Positions 9,957 to 19,339 of a DNA stretch of 64,000 nucleotides are shown here, piece after piece; position 1 is the first letter of the stretch, and each line of letters begins with the position of its first letter. A model generated the notes under the pieces. That model saw only the letters and a list, made by a program, of their open reading frames with translations. It ran no database searches and was not told the DNA's origin. The DNA is taken from positions 9,891 to 73,890 of the IMG/VR virus record IMGVR_UViG_3300001335_000125; one strand, written 5' to 3'. The position numbers and the translations under genes are program-made. The DNA comes from a virus. Taxonomy: Duplodnaviria; Caudoviricetes.

Positions 9957-10846
9957 ATATAGGTTATTTTAATGCTCAAGGATTTAATGGAATAGAATAT
10001 TGGTTTCAACTAGAGCAGGATGAACTAAGAAGAAGAGGACATAATGTGAGAACATTTTATTTGAAAGGACCACAACCAACAAAAGAAGATATTGAATGGA
10101 TGGACTTTGCTCATTTTCACTTTGCACATGTTGCAGATAGATATAAGAGGTTGGGAGTTCCATTTTGTGTAAGTCCTCATACCAATGATATATTTCCTGA
10201 TAGTGGTAAAAGATTAAAGAAAGTTAGTAATCATCCAAAATGTAAGTTTGTTACTTATCAATCACAATATCATCTAAAACACTTTTTTGAATGGGGAATA
10301 AAACCACCACTTGTACATCTTCCGATGTGCTGTAGAACTGAACTATTTACTAGAGAGAAATCCAAAGGTGATAGAATGATATGTGGTGGTAGATTAATAC
10401 CCCGTAAAGGTCTAGATAGAATAATGCATCTAGGCAATCTTATAGTATTTGGAGATGGACCATTAGAAAATGAACTTAAAGCAATGAACTCCACCAATAC
10501 ATTCTATGGAAGAGTAGATGGTAAAGAGTTAAAAGAGTTATTTGAAAAGTCGTATGTATATCTATTTCCAAATAGAATAGTTAATGATGGTAATAGAGAT
10601 GGTATCCCTAATACAGTGAAAGAGGCGTTGCTTATGGAATTATATGTAATATCATCTCCAGTAGCTGGATTACCAGAAGTGGATACTGTCATCTTAAATG
10701 AAGATTGGAGTAAAGAAGGAATACAAAGAATATTGGATACTATATCAATAGAGCCTAATAAGAAAGGAAGACAACACATCTTAGATAACTTTAGTCCAAA
10801 AGTGTGCATAGATAAACTAGAGAAAGCTATCGGAGAATATTTATGA
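9953..10846 (+). CDS. glycosyltransferase family 4 (GT-B)
   Basis: GRLIPRKG, GDGPL, DGIPNTVKEA, SPVAGLPE. Confidence 0.85.
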   Translation: MNIGYFNAQGFNGIEYWFQLEQDELRRRGHNVRTFYLKGPQPTKEDIEWMDFAHFHFAHVADRYKRLGVPFCVSPHTNDIFPDSGKRLKKVSNHPKCKFVTYQSQYHLKHFFEWGIKPPLVHLPMCCRTELFTREKSKGDRMICGGRLIPRKGLDRIMHLGNLIVFGDGPLENELKAMNSTNTFYGRVDGKELKELFEKSYVYLFPNRIVNDGNRDGIPNTVKEALLMELYVISSPVAGLPEVDTVILNEDWSKEGIQRILDTISIEPNKKGRQHILDNFSPKVCIDKLEKAIGEYL

Positions 10847-10914
10847 ATGTAGCAGTTTTAGCTAGAGGTAAAAGTTTAATTAATGTAGATAAATTTGATA
10901 ATCAACGAATCTGA
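10843..10914 (+). pseudogene. truncated 5' stub of a gene (MNVAVLARGKSLINVDKFDN...)
   Basis: GGAG RBS and ATGA overlap with the GT4 stop, then runs out of frame into the ThDP-like segment after 23 codons. Confidence 0.55.
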
Positions 10915-12181
10915 TTTTATAATCGCAGTTGGTGTACGACTTGGGTTAAGACAAATTGGTCATTATCATGAGAAATTTGCACCAAATGCATATCTAGTTC
11001 GTGCAGATATTGACCAAAGTGAACTAGCTCGTACAATTAAATCTGATGAAGAGAAAGTCTTAATAGATGCTAATGATTTTTTGCAACGTTTAATGGAGGA
11101 GGATATTCCTGATTATTCTGATTGGGCTGAGAAGTGTTTTAAACTTAGAGATTTTTTAGATGGATATGATGATGTAATTGGGAATCTAGCTTTGAAAAAA
11201 ATATCTTCTATGCTACCTGAAAACCCAATTGTTGCAGTTGATGTAGGACAGCATCAATGTTGGAGTGCTCAGTCATTAACTTTGAAAGGAGATAAAGGAA
11301 GAATACTAATAAGCGGAGGGTATGGTTCTATGGGATGTGCATTGCCATATGCAATTGGTGCTTCAATATCTCAAAATTATTGCAAAGTATTTTGTGTGAC
11401 AGGTGACGGTGGTTTGCAAATGAATATTCAAGAGCTGGAGACTATTATAAGAGAGAATATACCCGTGAAAATTCTTGTCATCAATAATCATGTACTAGGT
11501 AAGATTAGTGAAGTACAAGAAAAATCTTATAACTCAGCATTTGCCCAAACTACAGAATCTAGTGGATTTTCAGTACCAGATTTTAAAAAGATTGCAATTG
11601 CTTATGGAATTAAATGGTTTGCATCTGCTTGGGATATACCAAGTCAAGAATTCTTAGATAAATATGATTTAGAATATAATAAGATTGCATCCGCTATGAT
11701 AACTAACCTCCCCTTTATACTTTCTGTAGCTAAGAAAAGAAAACTTACATTTATATCTACAGGAATGACTACCTACAATGATATTGATAATGCAATTAAA
11801 ATATTTGAAGAAGAAAATTGTCCTTATGTTCTTATGTATTGTGTATCCATTTACCCAACTCCAAACGAATTACTAAACCTATCAATGATAAATACATTAA
11901 GAGAGAAGTATAATTGTGAAGTAGGATACTCTTGTCATCATAAAAGTATACTTCCTGCAGCATTATCTGTTATGTATGGAGTTAAATATATAGAAAAACA
12001 CATAACACTAGATAGAACAATGTACGGGTCCGACCAATCTGCATCTATAGAGCCAAAAGGGATGTTGATGTTAAGAGGATATGTAGATACGGCATTAGAA
12101 TCTATTGGTGATGGAATTAAAACAAATGTGAAAGGAGAAGACAAAATAGCAAATAAATTGAGGTATTGGAAAAATGAATAA
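10895..12181 (+). CDS. chimeric ORF: C-terminal half of an acetolactate-synthase-like ThDP enzyme fused to the C-terminal half of a NeuB-family nonulosonate synthase
   Basis: 10895-11614: DVGQHQ, GSMG, GDGGLQMNIQELET, NN (ThDP motif). 11615-12181: WFASAWD, ISTGM, CVSIYP, GYSCH, IEKHITLDR, GSDQSAS (NeuB). Both N-terminal halves are missing; TTG start without an RBS. Confidence 0.8.
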   Translation: MIINESDFIIAVGVRLGLRQIGHYHEKFAPNAYLVRADIDQSELARTIKSDEEKVLIDANDFLQRLMEEDIPDYSDWAEKCFKLRDFLDGYDDVIGNLALKKISSMLPENPIVAVDVGQHQCWSAQSLTLKGDKGRILISGGYGSMGCALPYAIGASISQNYCKVFCVTGDGGLQMNIQELETIIRENIPVKILVINNHVLGKISEVQEKSYNSAFAQTTESSGFSVPDFKKIAIAYGIKWFASAWDIPSQEFLDKYDLEYNKIASAMITNLPFILSVAKKRKLTFISTGMTTYNDIDNAIKIFEEENCPYVLMYCVSIYPTPNELLNLSMINTLREKYNCEVGYSCHHKSILPAALSVMYGVKYIEKHITLDRTMYGSDQSASIEPKGMLMLRGYVDTALESIGDGIKTNVKGEDKIANKLRYWKNE

Positions 12182-12569
12182 AATATTCGATGAACTTGTT
12201 ACTTTATTTAATAATAGCAAAGGAGAAATTGTAAAAAAATATTGGGGATTTGAGTATATCCCTACAAATAATAATAATTATTGTTTAAAAGGACTAGTAT
12301 TTTATAAAGGTCAAGAGATACCTAATCATTATCATAAAGTAAAAACAGAGTCTTGGTATTGTGTATCTGGAAAACTTAAATGTTTATTGGCAGATAAAGA
12401 ATTTTTTATTTTACCTGGAGATGTAATAGATATATTGGATGTAGAAGTCCCTCATAAATTATGGGCAATTGAAGATTCTATTATATTTGAAGTGTCAACC
12501 CATCATTCTGATTCTGATACTATACGATTAGATAATCCAGGAGAAAAGTATGAATCTAAACGGACTTAG
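12174..12569 (+). CDS. cupin-fold protein (sugar isomerase-like)
   Basis: KYWGFE, HYHKVKTESWY, VPHKLWA, EVSTHH. Confidence 0.75.
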   Translation: MNKIFDELVTLFNNSKGEIVKKYWGFEYIPTNNNNYCLKGLVFYKGQEIPNHYHKVKTESWYCVSGKLKCLLADKEFFILPGDVIDILDVEVPHKLWAIEDSIIFEVSTHHSDSDTIRLDNPGEKYESKRT

Positions 12570-13350
12570 TACAGTAAATATAGAATTAACATCTAGATGT
12601 AATAAAAATTGTTGGATGTGTGGTAGACGTAAAATTGATAAAGAATATCCAGAAATAGCAATGAATTATGGAGATATGGATTTTAATTTATTAAAAAAAC
12701 TCTCAAAACAAATACCAGAAGATATTGTAATTCAATTCCATGATAATGGAGAACCAACTTTATATCCTAAATTAGGGGATGCTCTTAAACTATTTAGTAA
12801 TAATATAAGAAATTTTGATACCAATGGAAAATTATTATTAGAAAAATCTAATGAGATTATTGGTAATCTAGAAACATTAACAATTTCTGTATTCGAAAGA
12901 GATCCAGAGGGAGACGAACAATATAATATTGTAAAAGAATTCTTAAAAATTAAAGGAGATAGAAAACCACATCTTATTTATAGATTATTAGGAGATGTAA
13001 GTGATTCAGAAAGATGGTATGAATTGCCTGGAGTAGTAGCAACTAGAATATTACATCATCCTTTAGGGAATTATAAATATAAAAAAAGAAATCCTACGGT
13101 TCCAGAAATAGGAATCTGCTTAGATTTATTAAGTCATTTAGTTATAGATAAGGATGGAAATGTTTTTCCTTGTGTTAGATTTGATCCTGAGAAAAAACAA
13201 TGTATTGGAAATATAAATGAAATGACATTAACAGATATATGGAATGGAGAGAAAAGAAAAACAATGATACTCGGTCATCTAAAAGGAGATAGAAGTAAGT
13301 TCCCAATATGTAAAGACTGCCAATATTGGGGAGTTCCTACAGGAATATGA
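12550..13350 (+). CDS. radical SAM protein with SPASM/twitch domain
   Basis: CNKNCWMC, GEPTL, DTNG; C-terminal GNVFPC..IGNI..CKDC. Confidence 0.88.
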   Translation: MNLNGLSTVNIELTSRCNKNCWMCGRRKIDKEYPEIAMNYGDMDFNLLKKLSKQIPEDIVIQFHDNGEPTLYPKLGDALKLFSNNIRNFDTNGKLLLEKSNEIIGNLETLTISVFERDPEGDEQYNIVKEFLKIKGDRKPHLIYRLLGDVSDSERWYELPGVVATRILHHPLGNYKYKKRNPTVPEIGICLDLLSHLVIDKDGNVFPCVRFDPEKKQCIGNINEMTLTDIWNGEKRKTMILGHLKGDRSKFPICKDCQYWGVPTGI

Positions 13351-13679
13351 AAAAAGTAGATAAAAGTTGGGGATATGAAGAGTGGTATGTAAATAATGAT
13401 ATGTATTGTTGTAAACATTTACATTTAAATAAAGGTTATATGTGTAGTATTCATTATCATAAAGAAAAGGACGAGACATTTTATATATTAAAAGGTAAAG
13501 TTAAAATGGAATTATTTGGCGAAACAAGGATAATGAAAGAAGGAGATTCACTTAGACTTAATCCATATACATTACATAGATTTATAGGATTAGAAGATTC
13601 TATTATATTAGAGGTATCAACTACTCATAAAGACTATGATAGTTATAGAGTTGTCGTTGGAGGAAAATCTAACATTTAA
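13347..13679 (+). CDS. cupin-fold protein (paralog of 12174..12569)
   Basis: KSWGYEE, SIHYHKEKDETFY, HRFIG, EVSTTH; ATG at 13347. Confidence 0.78.
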   Translation: MKKVDKSWGYEEWYVNNDMYCCKHLHLNKGYMCSIHYHKEKDETFYILKGKVKMELFGETRIMKEGDSLRLNPYTLHRFIGLEDSIILEVSTTHKDYDSYRVVVGGKSNI

Positions 13680-13716
13680 GAGGAATGAATATGAATAAAT
13701 TCATTAAATTGGAGAA

Positions 13717-14796
13717 ATGATTATGAATCCTAAGATTAGTATTATTTTACCTACTGCAACAAAACAATCAGATATCGAATTAAAATTAAATCAAATTAAA
13801 GAAGGAATAAAAAACACAAATGACACTATATTTAACGATGAATTTATTAATTTATGTAATGAGATAGTATTACCTGTAGAACACTTTTTAGAAATTACAT
13901 TATTGGCATTAAGAAAACAAATATTCAAAGAGTTTGAACTAATTATTGTACATAAATATCCAGAAGATGCATTAGATATAGTTAAAAAATATCCTGACAT
14001 TAAAGTTAAATTAATTAAAGAAAAGGATTCTGTATGGCATAAATATAAAAGACCCACTCATAGTGGATCTATTAATACAGGATTTATATATGCAGATGGA
14101 GAACTATTAATAAGATTAGATGATTTTGAGTTCTTTAATGAATTCTATCTACAAGAAATGTGGAATACATGGAAACAAAAGAAAAGTTATATTACATCTA
14201 AAGTAGTAAGGAGAATTAAGTATGATAAAGATAAATATGATGAACCTCGTAATATTGAATATATTGGCAATAAAATAAAAGTTATTAATAATGGATGGTA
14301 TGGTGTTGAAAAACCTATTAGTACAAATAAAGAGATAAGTAAACATATGACTTGGGGACATTCATCATCCGTTTCTCTTAGAGATATACTTAAGATTAAT
14401 GGTCACGATGAAGTATTTGATGGCAATATAGATGGTAATGATATGGAACTTGGTTATCGCTTATATTATTCAAGTCGACATAAAAGATATGTGAGTGATA
14501 ATTGGGTTTATGAATTGGACTGTTCAACTTCTAATAAAGGGAAAACAAAGTTTAGAGATGATATATATCTTAGAAATATAGTTAATCCTATTAGTGAATA
14601 CAATTTCCCTAGACATATTGTTGCTAATAAATACAAACCTAAAGAATCAGAATTGAAAGAGTATGAAACTTATCATAAAAAAATGTATGGAGAATTAAAT
14701 CCAAATTGGAAGAAATTTATGGAATCTCCAATGTATGATCTTAAAGAAGAGAGAAGAAAAAAGGTTTTAGGTAAGTTAATATATACAAATATATAA
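13717..14796 (+). CDS. glycosyltransferase family 2-like (GT-A)
   Basis: ISIILPT, FELIIV, RLDD (DxD), INGHDEVF..GNDMELGYRL. Confidence 0.75.
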   Translation: MIMNPKISIILPTATKQSDIELKLNQIKEGIKNTNDTIFNDEFINLCNEIVLPVEHFLEITLLALRKQIFKEFELIIVHKYPEDALDIVKKYPDIKVKLIKEKDSVWHKYKRPTHSGSINTGFIYADGELLIRLDDFEFFNEFYLQEMWNTWKQKKSYITSKVVRRIKYDKDKYDEPRNIEYIGNKIKVINNGWYGVEKPISTNKEISKHMTWGHSSSVSLRDILKINGHDEVFDGNIDGNDMELGYRLYYSSRHKRYVSDNWVYELDCSTSNKGKTKFRDDIYLRNIVNPISEYNFPRHIVANKYKPKESELKEYETYHKKMYGELNPNWKKFMESPMYDLKEERRKKVLGKLIYTNI

Positions 14797-14849
14797 TATA
14801 TTGAAAATATGTCAAAATACATAGAATGAGTTATAGGAGTTGAATAATT

Positions 14850-15416
14850 ATGTGGACTAAAGAAACATTAGAAGAATTTTTATTAGATAAACAAAACCGC
14901 TCCGTAGATGTTGAAGAATATTTACTTATGATTAATTATATAAATATACTAAAACCAACAACCATTATTGATATTGGTACATTTATGGGGACATCTGGTT
15001 ATATACTTGGTAAGTCTTGTCCAAGTATTAAAAAGATATACTCTATCGATAATATAAACTCTCCTGAATACTTTGAAAAGGACGATGCTACTAAAGCTGA
15101 CCATGGTAAATATCTACCAAATGATGCGGTGTTTCTTAAGGAGGGATATGAAAATGGAGTGTTAGAACAGATAGTAAATAACAATCCTAATTGCTTTGTG
15201 TTCTGGGATGCCGGGAAGAATCCTATTAAAGTTACAAGACAACTTGAACTATCAAAACAATTAGGTATTAAACATTTAGCAGTGCATGATACTGGATTAA
15301 AAAAAGTTAATAAAGTTATTGAGAGAATTAATAGATTTGGTTGGTACAAAACAGTGTTAGAAGACATAACTAGTTGCCCCAAGAAAGGAGTAACTATTAT
15401 GGAGTTAGTTGAATGA
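14850..15416 (+). CDS. class I SAM-dependent methyltransferase
   Basis: IIDIGTFMGTSG motif I, YSID, FWDA, AVHD. Confidence 0.75.
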   Translation: MWTKETLEEFLLDKQNRSVDVEEYLLMINYINILKPTTIIDIGTFMGTSGYILGKSCPSIKKIYSIDNINSPEYFEKDDATKADHGKYLPNDAVFLKEGYENGVLEQIVNNNPNCFVFWDAGKNPIKVTRQLELSKQLGIKHLAVHDTGLKKVNKVIERINRFGWYKTVLEDITSCPKKGVTIMELVE

Positions 15417-15904
15417 GAAAAGAAAGTGAATTAGAAAAAATAGCAAAAACCATTACAAAAATAGATGATAAACTATATATATCTGGTAGTATTAGTGATT
15501 ATAATGAATTAGAAAGACTGGGTATTAATAAAGTTATAAACTGCAGAGCTGAATGTCATGATGATATTTATGAACTTAGTAGAAGAGGAATTGGTTATTA
15601 TTGGATTCCAGTAAATGATTTTGAAGCTCCACGATTTGACCAGTTTGATGCAGTTGAAGATATTCTACGTAATGGAACTTCATTTGATAAAATACTAATT
15701 CATTGTGCTATCGGATTAGGAAGAGCAATTATTATATCTTCTATTTATATGATATATCATAAAGGGTGTACTATAGATGAGGCTTTAGAATGGTTAGGAC
15801 ATGAAAGAGGTATATTGTTCCCAACAAAAGAACAGAAAACAAAATTAGAAAAATATATAAAGTATGTTAATAATGGTAGAAAACTAAAAGAAATAAAAGA
15901 TTGA
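15413..15904 (+). CDS. dual-specificity protein phosphatase family protein
   Basis: LIHCAIGLGR (HCxxGxxR), IPVND, KVINC. Confidence 0.85.
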   Translation: MRKESELEKIAKTITKIDDKLYISGSISDYNELERLGINKVINCRAECHDDIYELSRRGIGYYWIPVNDFEAPRFDQFDAVEDILRNGTSFDKILIHCAIGLGRAIIISSIYMIYHKGCTIDEALEWLGHERGILFPTKEQKTKLEKYIKYVNNGRKLKEIKD

Positions 15905-16770
15905 GGAATATAATGGTTAGTATAGGAATTATAGGATATGGAATGGTAGGTAGAGCAATTCATTCTGGATTTGCCAAACAATGTGATTTTAGAATATATG
16001 ATATAGATGATACTATCTCTGAGAATACCTTTGAAGAAGTATCTATAGATAGTGACTATATCTTTGTATGTGTACCAACACCAATGAAGTCTACAGGACA
16101 ATTTGACTCGTCTATCTTAGACTATACAATAGATAAGTTAAATGAATATGTAAAAGATACTGATAAGATAGTTATTATAAAGTCTACATGTCTACCAGGA
16201 ACAACAAAAGGATACCAAGAAAAATATCCTAATAGCCATATAGTCTTTAGTCCAGAATTTCTTACAGTAAGAAGTGCTAGGTTAGATTTTATCAATCCAT
16301 CTAGAATAATCTTTGGACTCGATCAAAAAAATTATGAGAGAAATCAGTGGGAGATGAATGTTTTATATGAGTTATATCATCCTAGATTTCCATCTTACAA
16401 TCTACACTTTACAGATGCTACTACTGCTGAATTAGTGAAGTATGTATCTAATTGTTTCTTTGCCACTAAAGTATCATTCTTTAACGAGATGAAACAAATA
16501 TCAGATGCATTAGGAGTTAGTTATCCTAGACTATTGAAATATGTTTTAAAAGATGGTAGAATCGGTAATAGTCACTGGGAAGTTCCTGGTCATGATATGT
16601 TACATGGATTTGGGGGCCAGTGCTTTCCCAAGGATTTGAATGCATTAATACATCTAGAAAAAGAGTTAGGTATAAATCCTACTATGTTGGATGCGGTTTG
16701 GAAGAAAAATCTAGAGGTTAGAGAAAAAAGGGACTGGGAAGAAAATAAAAGTGCTTTTACGAGTGATTAA
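15901..16770 (+). CDS. UDP-glucose/GDP-mannose 6-dehydrogenase family (short form lacking the C-terminal domain)
   Basis: GIIGYGMVG, VCVPTP, KSTCLPGT, SPEFL, KYVSNCF, GFGGQCFPKD. Confidence 0.9.
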   Translation: MRNIMVSIGIIGYGMVGRAIHSGFAKQCDFRIYDIDDTISENTFEEVSIDSDYIFVCVPTPMKSTGQFDSSILDYTIDKLNEYVKDTDKIVIIKSTCLPGTTKGYQEKYPNSHIVFSPEFLTVRSARLDFINPSRIIFGLDQKNYERNQWEMNVLYELYHPRFPSYNLHFTDATTAELVKYVSNCFFATKVSFFNEMKQISDALGVSYPRLLKYVLKDGRIGNSHWEVPGHDMLHGFGGQCFPKDLNALIHLEKELGINPTMLDAVWKKNLEVREKRDWEENKSAFTSD

Positions 16771-16787
16771 TGGGGGTTAGGATACCC

Positions 16788-16830
16788 CGAAATTATCGCT
16801 GAGGATCCACGGAAACGGGTCTAGAATCGA
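16788..16830 (+). repeat. 43-bp GC-rich intergenic repeat, copy 1
   Basis: CGAAATTAT-N4-GAGGATCCACGGAAACG-N3-CTAGAATCGA; 36/43 identical by hand alignment to the reverse complement of 33728-33770. Confidence 0.85.
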
Positions 16831-16860
16831 CGCGGAGGTATTACCAATACATATATGTAT

Positions 16861-16886
16861 CCCCTTTCATTTTAGGGGTTTTCTTT
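16861..16886 (+). terminator. hairpin plus T-tract at the end of the + strand operon
   Basis: CCCCT-ttcatttt-AGGGG followed by TTTTCTTT, in the convergence zone. Confidence 0.5.
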
Positions 16887-16898
16887 ATATACTAAATC

Positions 16899-16931
16899 AA
16901 ATTTTCGTCGAGGAAGGCCGGAAACGACCCT
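16899..16931 (+). repeat. GC-rich repeat, partial copy 3
   Basis: AAATT..GAGGA..CGGAAACGACCCT with block spacing identical to copy 1. Confidence 0.7.
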
Positions 16932-16955
16932 CTAAGGCAAAAACTATTTTTAATA

Positions 16956-17297
16956 CTACCTTTTTCCACCAAAATATGCTATTGCATGCCCTTTTTCGAT
17001 AAGTTCTTGGTTGATATTAATATCATCTAAAAATATCTCAACAAGGTATCTTCCATACTTTTCTTGTTTGTATGTTTTGACCCTTACTGTCTTATTTAGG
17101 ACTCTTTCACGTAGATAGTCACGGGCTAGATATCCTCTTCTTTTCTCATCTAAATCTTTTGTTCTAATTTCAGGGGTATCTATACCATACAATCTACATT
17201 TTAATTTGATATGTACACTACATCCAAGATCAAATAGAATATTACAAGTATCACCATCATAAATTGATAATACTTCTGCATAATATTCATATACCAT
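16956..17297 (-). CDS. thermonuclease (SNase-like) family protein
   Basis: SIYDGDT, RLYGIDTPE, KYGRYL, NQELIEKGHA. Confidence 0.9.
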   Translation of the reverse strand: MVYEYYAEVLSIYDGDTCNILFDLGCSVHIKLKCRLYGIDTPEIRTKDLDEKRRGYLARDYLRERVLNKTVRVKTYKQEKYGRYLVEIFLDDININQELIEKGHAIAYFGGKR

Positions 17298-17833
17298 TAT
17301 AATTCAGAACTCCCAGAAACATATCCCTCAAGTTTAATATGTATCCAATCAGTGTAACTTACTGGGTGGGTAGTAATATTTTTTACATAGATGATAGTAT
17401 CATTTCTCATCTTATAAAGGGTGCTCGTATTTGTTCCTTGCCACTCATCACTAAATGTATCGTAAGATGTATATCTATTTGGTACTATACGTAATGTGTT
17501 GTTACCTTCCCATGTTTGGTCATACATATGAGGCCGTCCTAATATCTGATATAATTCTCCTGCTGCTCCCGGAACTATATTGTTTAAGATGGTGTTAAGT
17601 TCTGAGTCTGATACCCACGTTTCTATTGTTACGGAGAAGTCATCTACTGACCATCTTGAACACCAACAATCTATATAGTCTGTTCCTGTGAGTGAGTCGT
17701 AGTAGATAAGCAAATCGCCATCTACAGAAACCCAATTGGTATTTAACTCACCAAATGTAATTCCTTCGTCACTGTCAAAGTAGTAGGGAAAACTAAAGTG
17801 AGATGCATTAGGATGTGTATCAAAAGCAGACAT
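17297..17833 (-). CDS. putative tail-tip protein carrying the shared C-terminal module
   Basis: CWCSRW..PGAAGELYQILG..YDQTWEG..STLYKMRND module, also found in 19485..20852 and 21636..22625. Confidence 0.6.
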   Translation of the reverse strand: MSAFDTHPNASHFSFPYYFDSDEGITFGELNTNWVSVDGDLLIYYDSLTGTDYIDCWCSRWSVDDFSVTIETWVSDSELNTILNNIVPGAAGELYQILGRPHMYDQTWEGNNTLRIVPNRYTSYDTFSDEWQGTNTSTLYKMRNDTIIYVKNITTHPVSYTDWIHIKLEGYVSGSSEL

Positions 17834-17861
17834 TTAATAGCACCTTATTTATACTCTACCA

Positions 17862-18551
17862 TTATTGTATTGGATAAAGATTCCAGTAAGTAGCATTTCC
17901 ACTTCTACAATAATAGGAATTAGATGAATCCAACACTCCCCAAATAAAACTTTTTTTATCAACAGAATAAAGCATTGTATTATCACTATTATACTGACCT
18001 TGTTTCCAACTCCATCCTAACGAATTACCTACAGGAAGATTAAATGATGTTAATTGAGTAGAAGATCCTGAAGTAAGTGTTACATATAATTCTGGTCGCC
18101 ATCCAGTAGTTCCATCACTACCTCCACTTAATGGATTTTGACTAGAAAAATTTCCTCCTGGAGTAGTTGCGGAGTAATCAGCATCATAAAACCAATAATG
18201 AATCAAGGAGTTAGACATATTATAAAAATATACTTTTTTATCAACCTCATTTCCCCAAAATGCAATATAATAATTCTCATTTTTACTTATTGAAGATGGA
18301 CCAAATGCTCCACTTGCCCAGACGAATCCTCCATCTCCTACTATTTCTTCACTCTGTGCCACTAGATTACGATCAGAGTCGTATACTGCTCCCCTAACAC
18401 GTTGTCCAGACTGAAAGATTCCTGTAGCATACCAATAAAAATATTTTAAAGTTCCATTACAGTCAGAAGTTGCAGATATATATCTTATTCTATCTTGAAG
18501 GGTAGAAGATGTTGTACTTGTAGTATTTTGTCCAATTATACATTCTGTCAT
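17862..18551 (-). CDS. putative virion protein (beta-rich, S/T/G-rich)
   Basis: probable ATG at 18551; aromatic and Ser-rich composition within the tail module. Confidence 0.5.
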   Translation of the reverse strand: MTECIIGQNTTSTTSSTLQDRIRYISATSDCNGTLKYFYWYATGIFQSGQRVRGAVYDSDRNLVAQSEEIVGDGGFVWASGAFGPSSISKNENYYIAFWGNEVDKKVYFYNMSNSLIHYWFYDADYSATTPGGNFSSQNPLSGGSDGTTGWRPELYVTLTSGSSTQLTSFNLPVGNSLGWSWKQGQYNSDNTMLYSVDKKSFIWGVLDSSNSYYCRSGNATYWNLYPIQ

Positions 18552-18559
18552 ATTATCAC

Positions 18560-19339
18560 TTAGGTTGAGACTCCTATTTGAATCCACTCATATGAAGAAC
18601 CATTATAAACTGATATCCATACCCACGTACCATTTGCATTTCCTGATGTTCTTATTATCTCACCAGCATGATTTGCTGCAGTTGGTTTAGATGTATATAA
18701 TCTAGATATTAATTGGGTACCCGATATCTGACTACTTATTGTTGGGGTACCATAGAAGTTACCTCCTATTATTGTACCACCACTTATCTTAGATGATGAT
18801 ATATAACTTAAATTATAGATACCTTTACTATTCCAATCTTTATTAGCATTAATAGTTAAGTCCGATAAGTTACCAGCAGAGCCGACTTGTGAAGATATAA
18901 TTATTGTATTCAATCCTGAATAGACATAAGTAGTACCTTGTCCTGAAAAGTATATATTGTTACTACCATCAGTAGAAATTTCTTCATTATCTGGATACAC
19001 AACTGGTGTAAATCCTGTCCCTCCTCCAGCAGGTTCAGCCCAAGTACCATCAGATCTAAGATAATTAGTAGTTCCCCCTCCTAACTTAGGAAGAAGACCA
19101 TGTCTACCTGTAGTAGCATTTAAATCAGTATTATCATCTGGAGTAGCAAAATCATCTAATTTAGTGGATGTTGTTGCTGCACCTACATCAGCAGCAGTTA
19201 CTGAATGAGGATTAGAAGTATTAGCAATATGACTATGGACATTACTACTTATACCACCTTCTATGATGTATGTAACCATATTATTCCATTCATCATATGT
19301 TATGGTTGACCCACTTTCTGCAGTTTCGTACCATGTAAT
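18560..19339 (-). CDS. tail fibre-like protein, probably starting at ATT 19339
   Basis: SHIANTSNPHSVTAADVGA and NYLRSDGTW fibre-like motifs; frame open 20 codons upstream of the ORF-track ATG (ITWYETAESG...). Confidence 0.6.
   Translation of the reverse strand: MTWYETAESGSTITYDEWNNMVTYIIEGGISSNVHSHIANTSNPHSVTAADVGAATTSTKLDDFATPDDNTDLNATTGRHGLLPKLGGGTTNYLRSDGTWAEPAGGGTGFTPVVYPDNEEISTDGSNNIYFSGQGTTYVYSGLNTIIISSQVGSAGNLSDLTINANKDWNSKGIYNLSYISSSKISGGTIIGGNFYGTPTISSQISGTQLISRLYTSKPTAANHAGEIIRTSGNANGTWVWISVYNGSSYEWIQIGVST

Noticed and set aside
10895-12181. A genuine bifunctional ThDP-dependent nonulosonate synthase
   Set aside because: Both halves lack their N-terminal catalytic regions, there is no RBS, and codon usage changes at the junction. 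It is kept as a chimera finding rather than a new enzyme.
16797-16822. Hammerhead-like CTGAGGA...GAAA in repeat copy 1
   Set aside because: Only 6 nt that cannot form stem II lie between the motifs, and the other copies lack CTGA.
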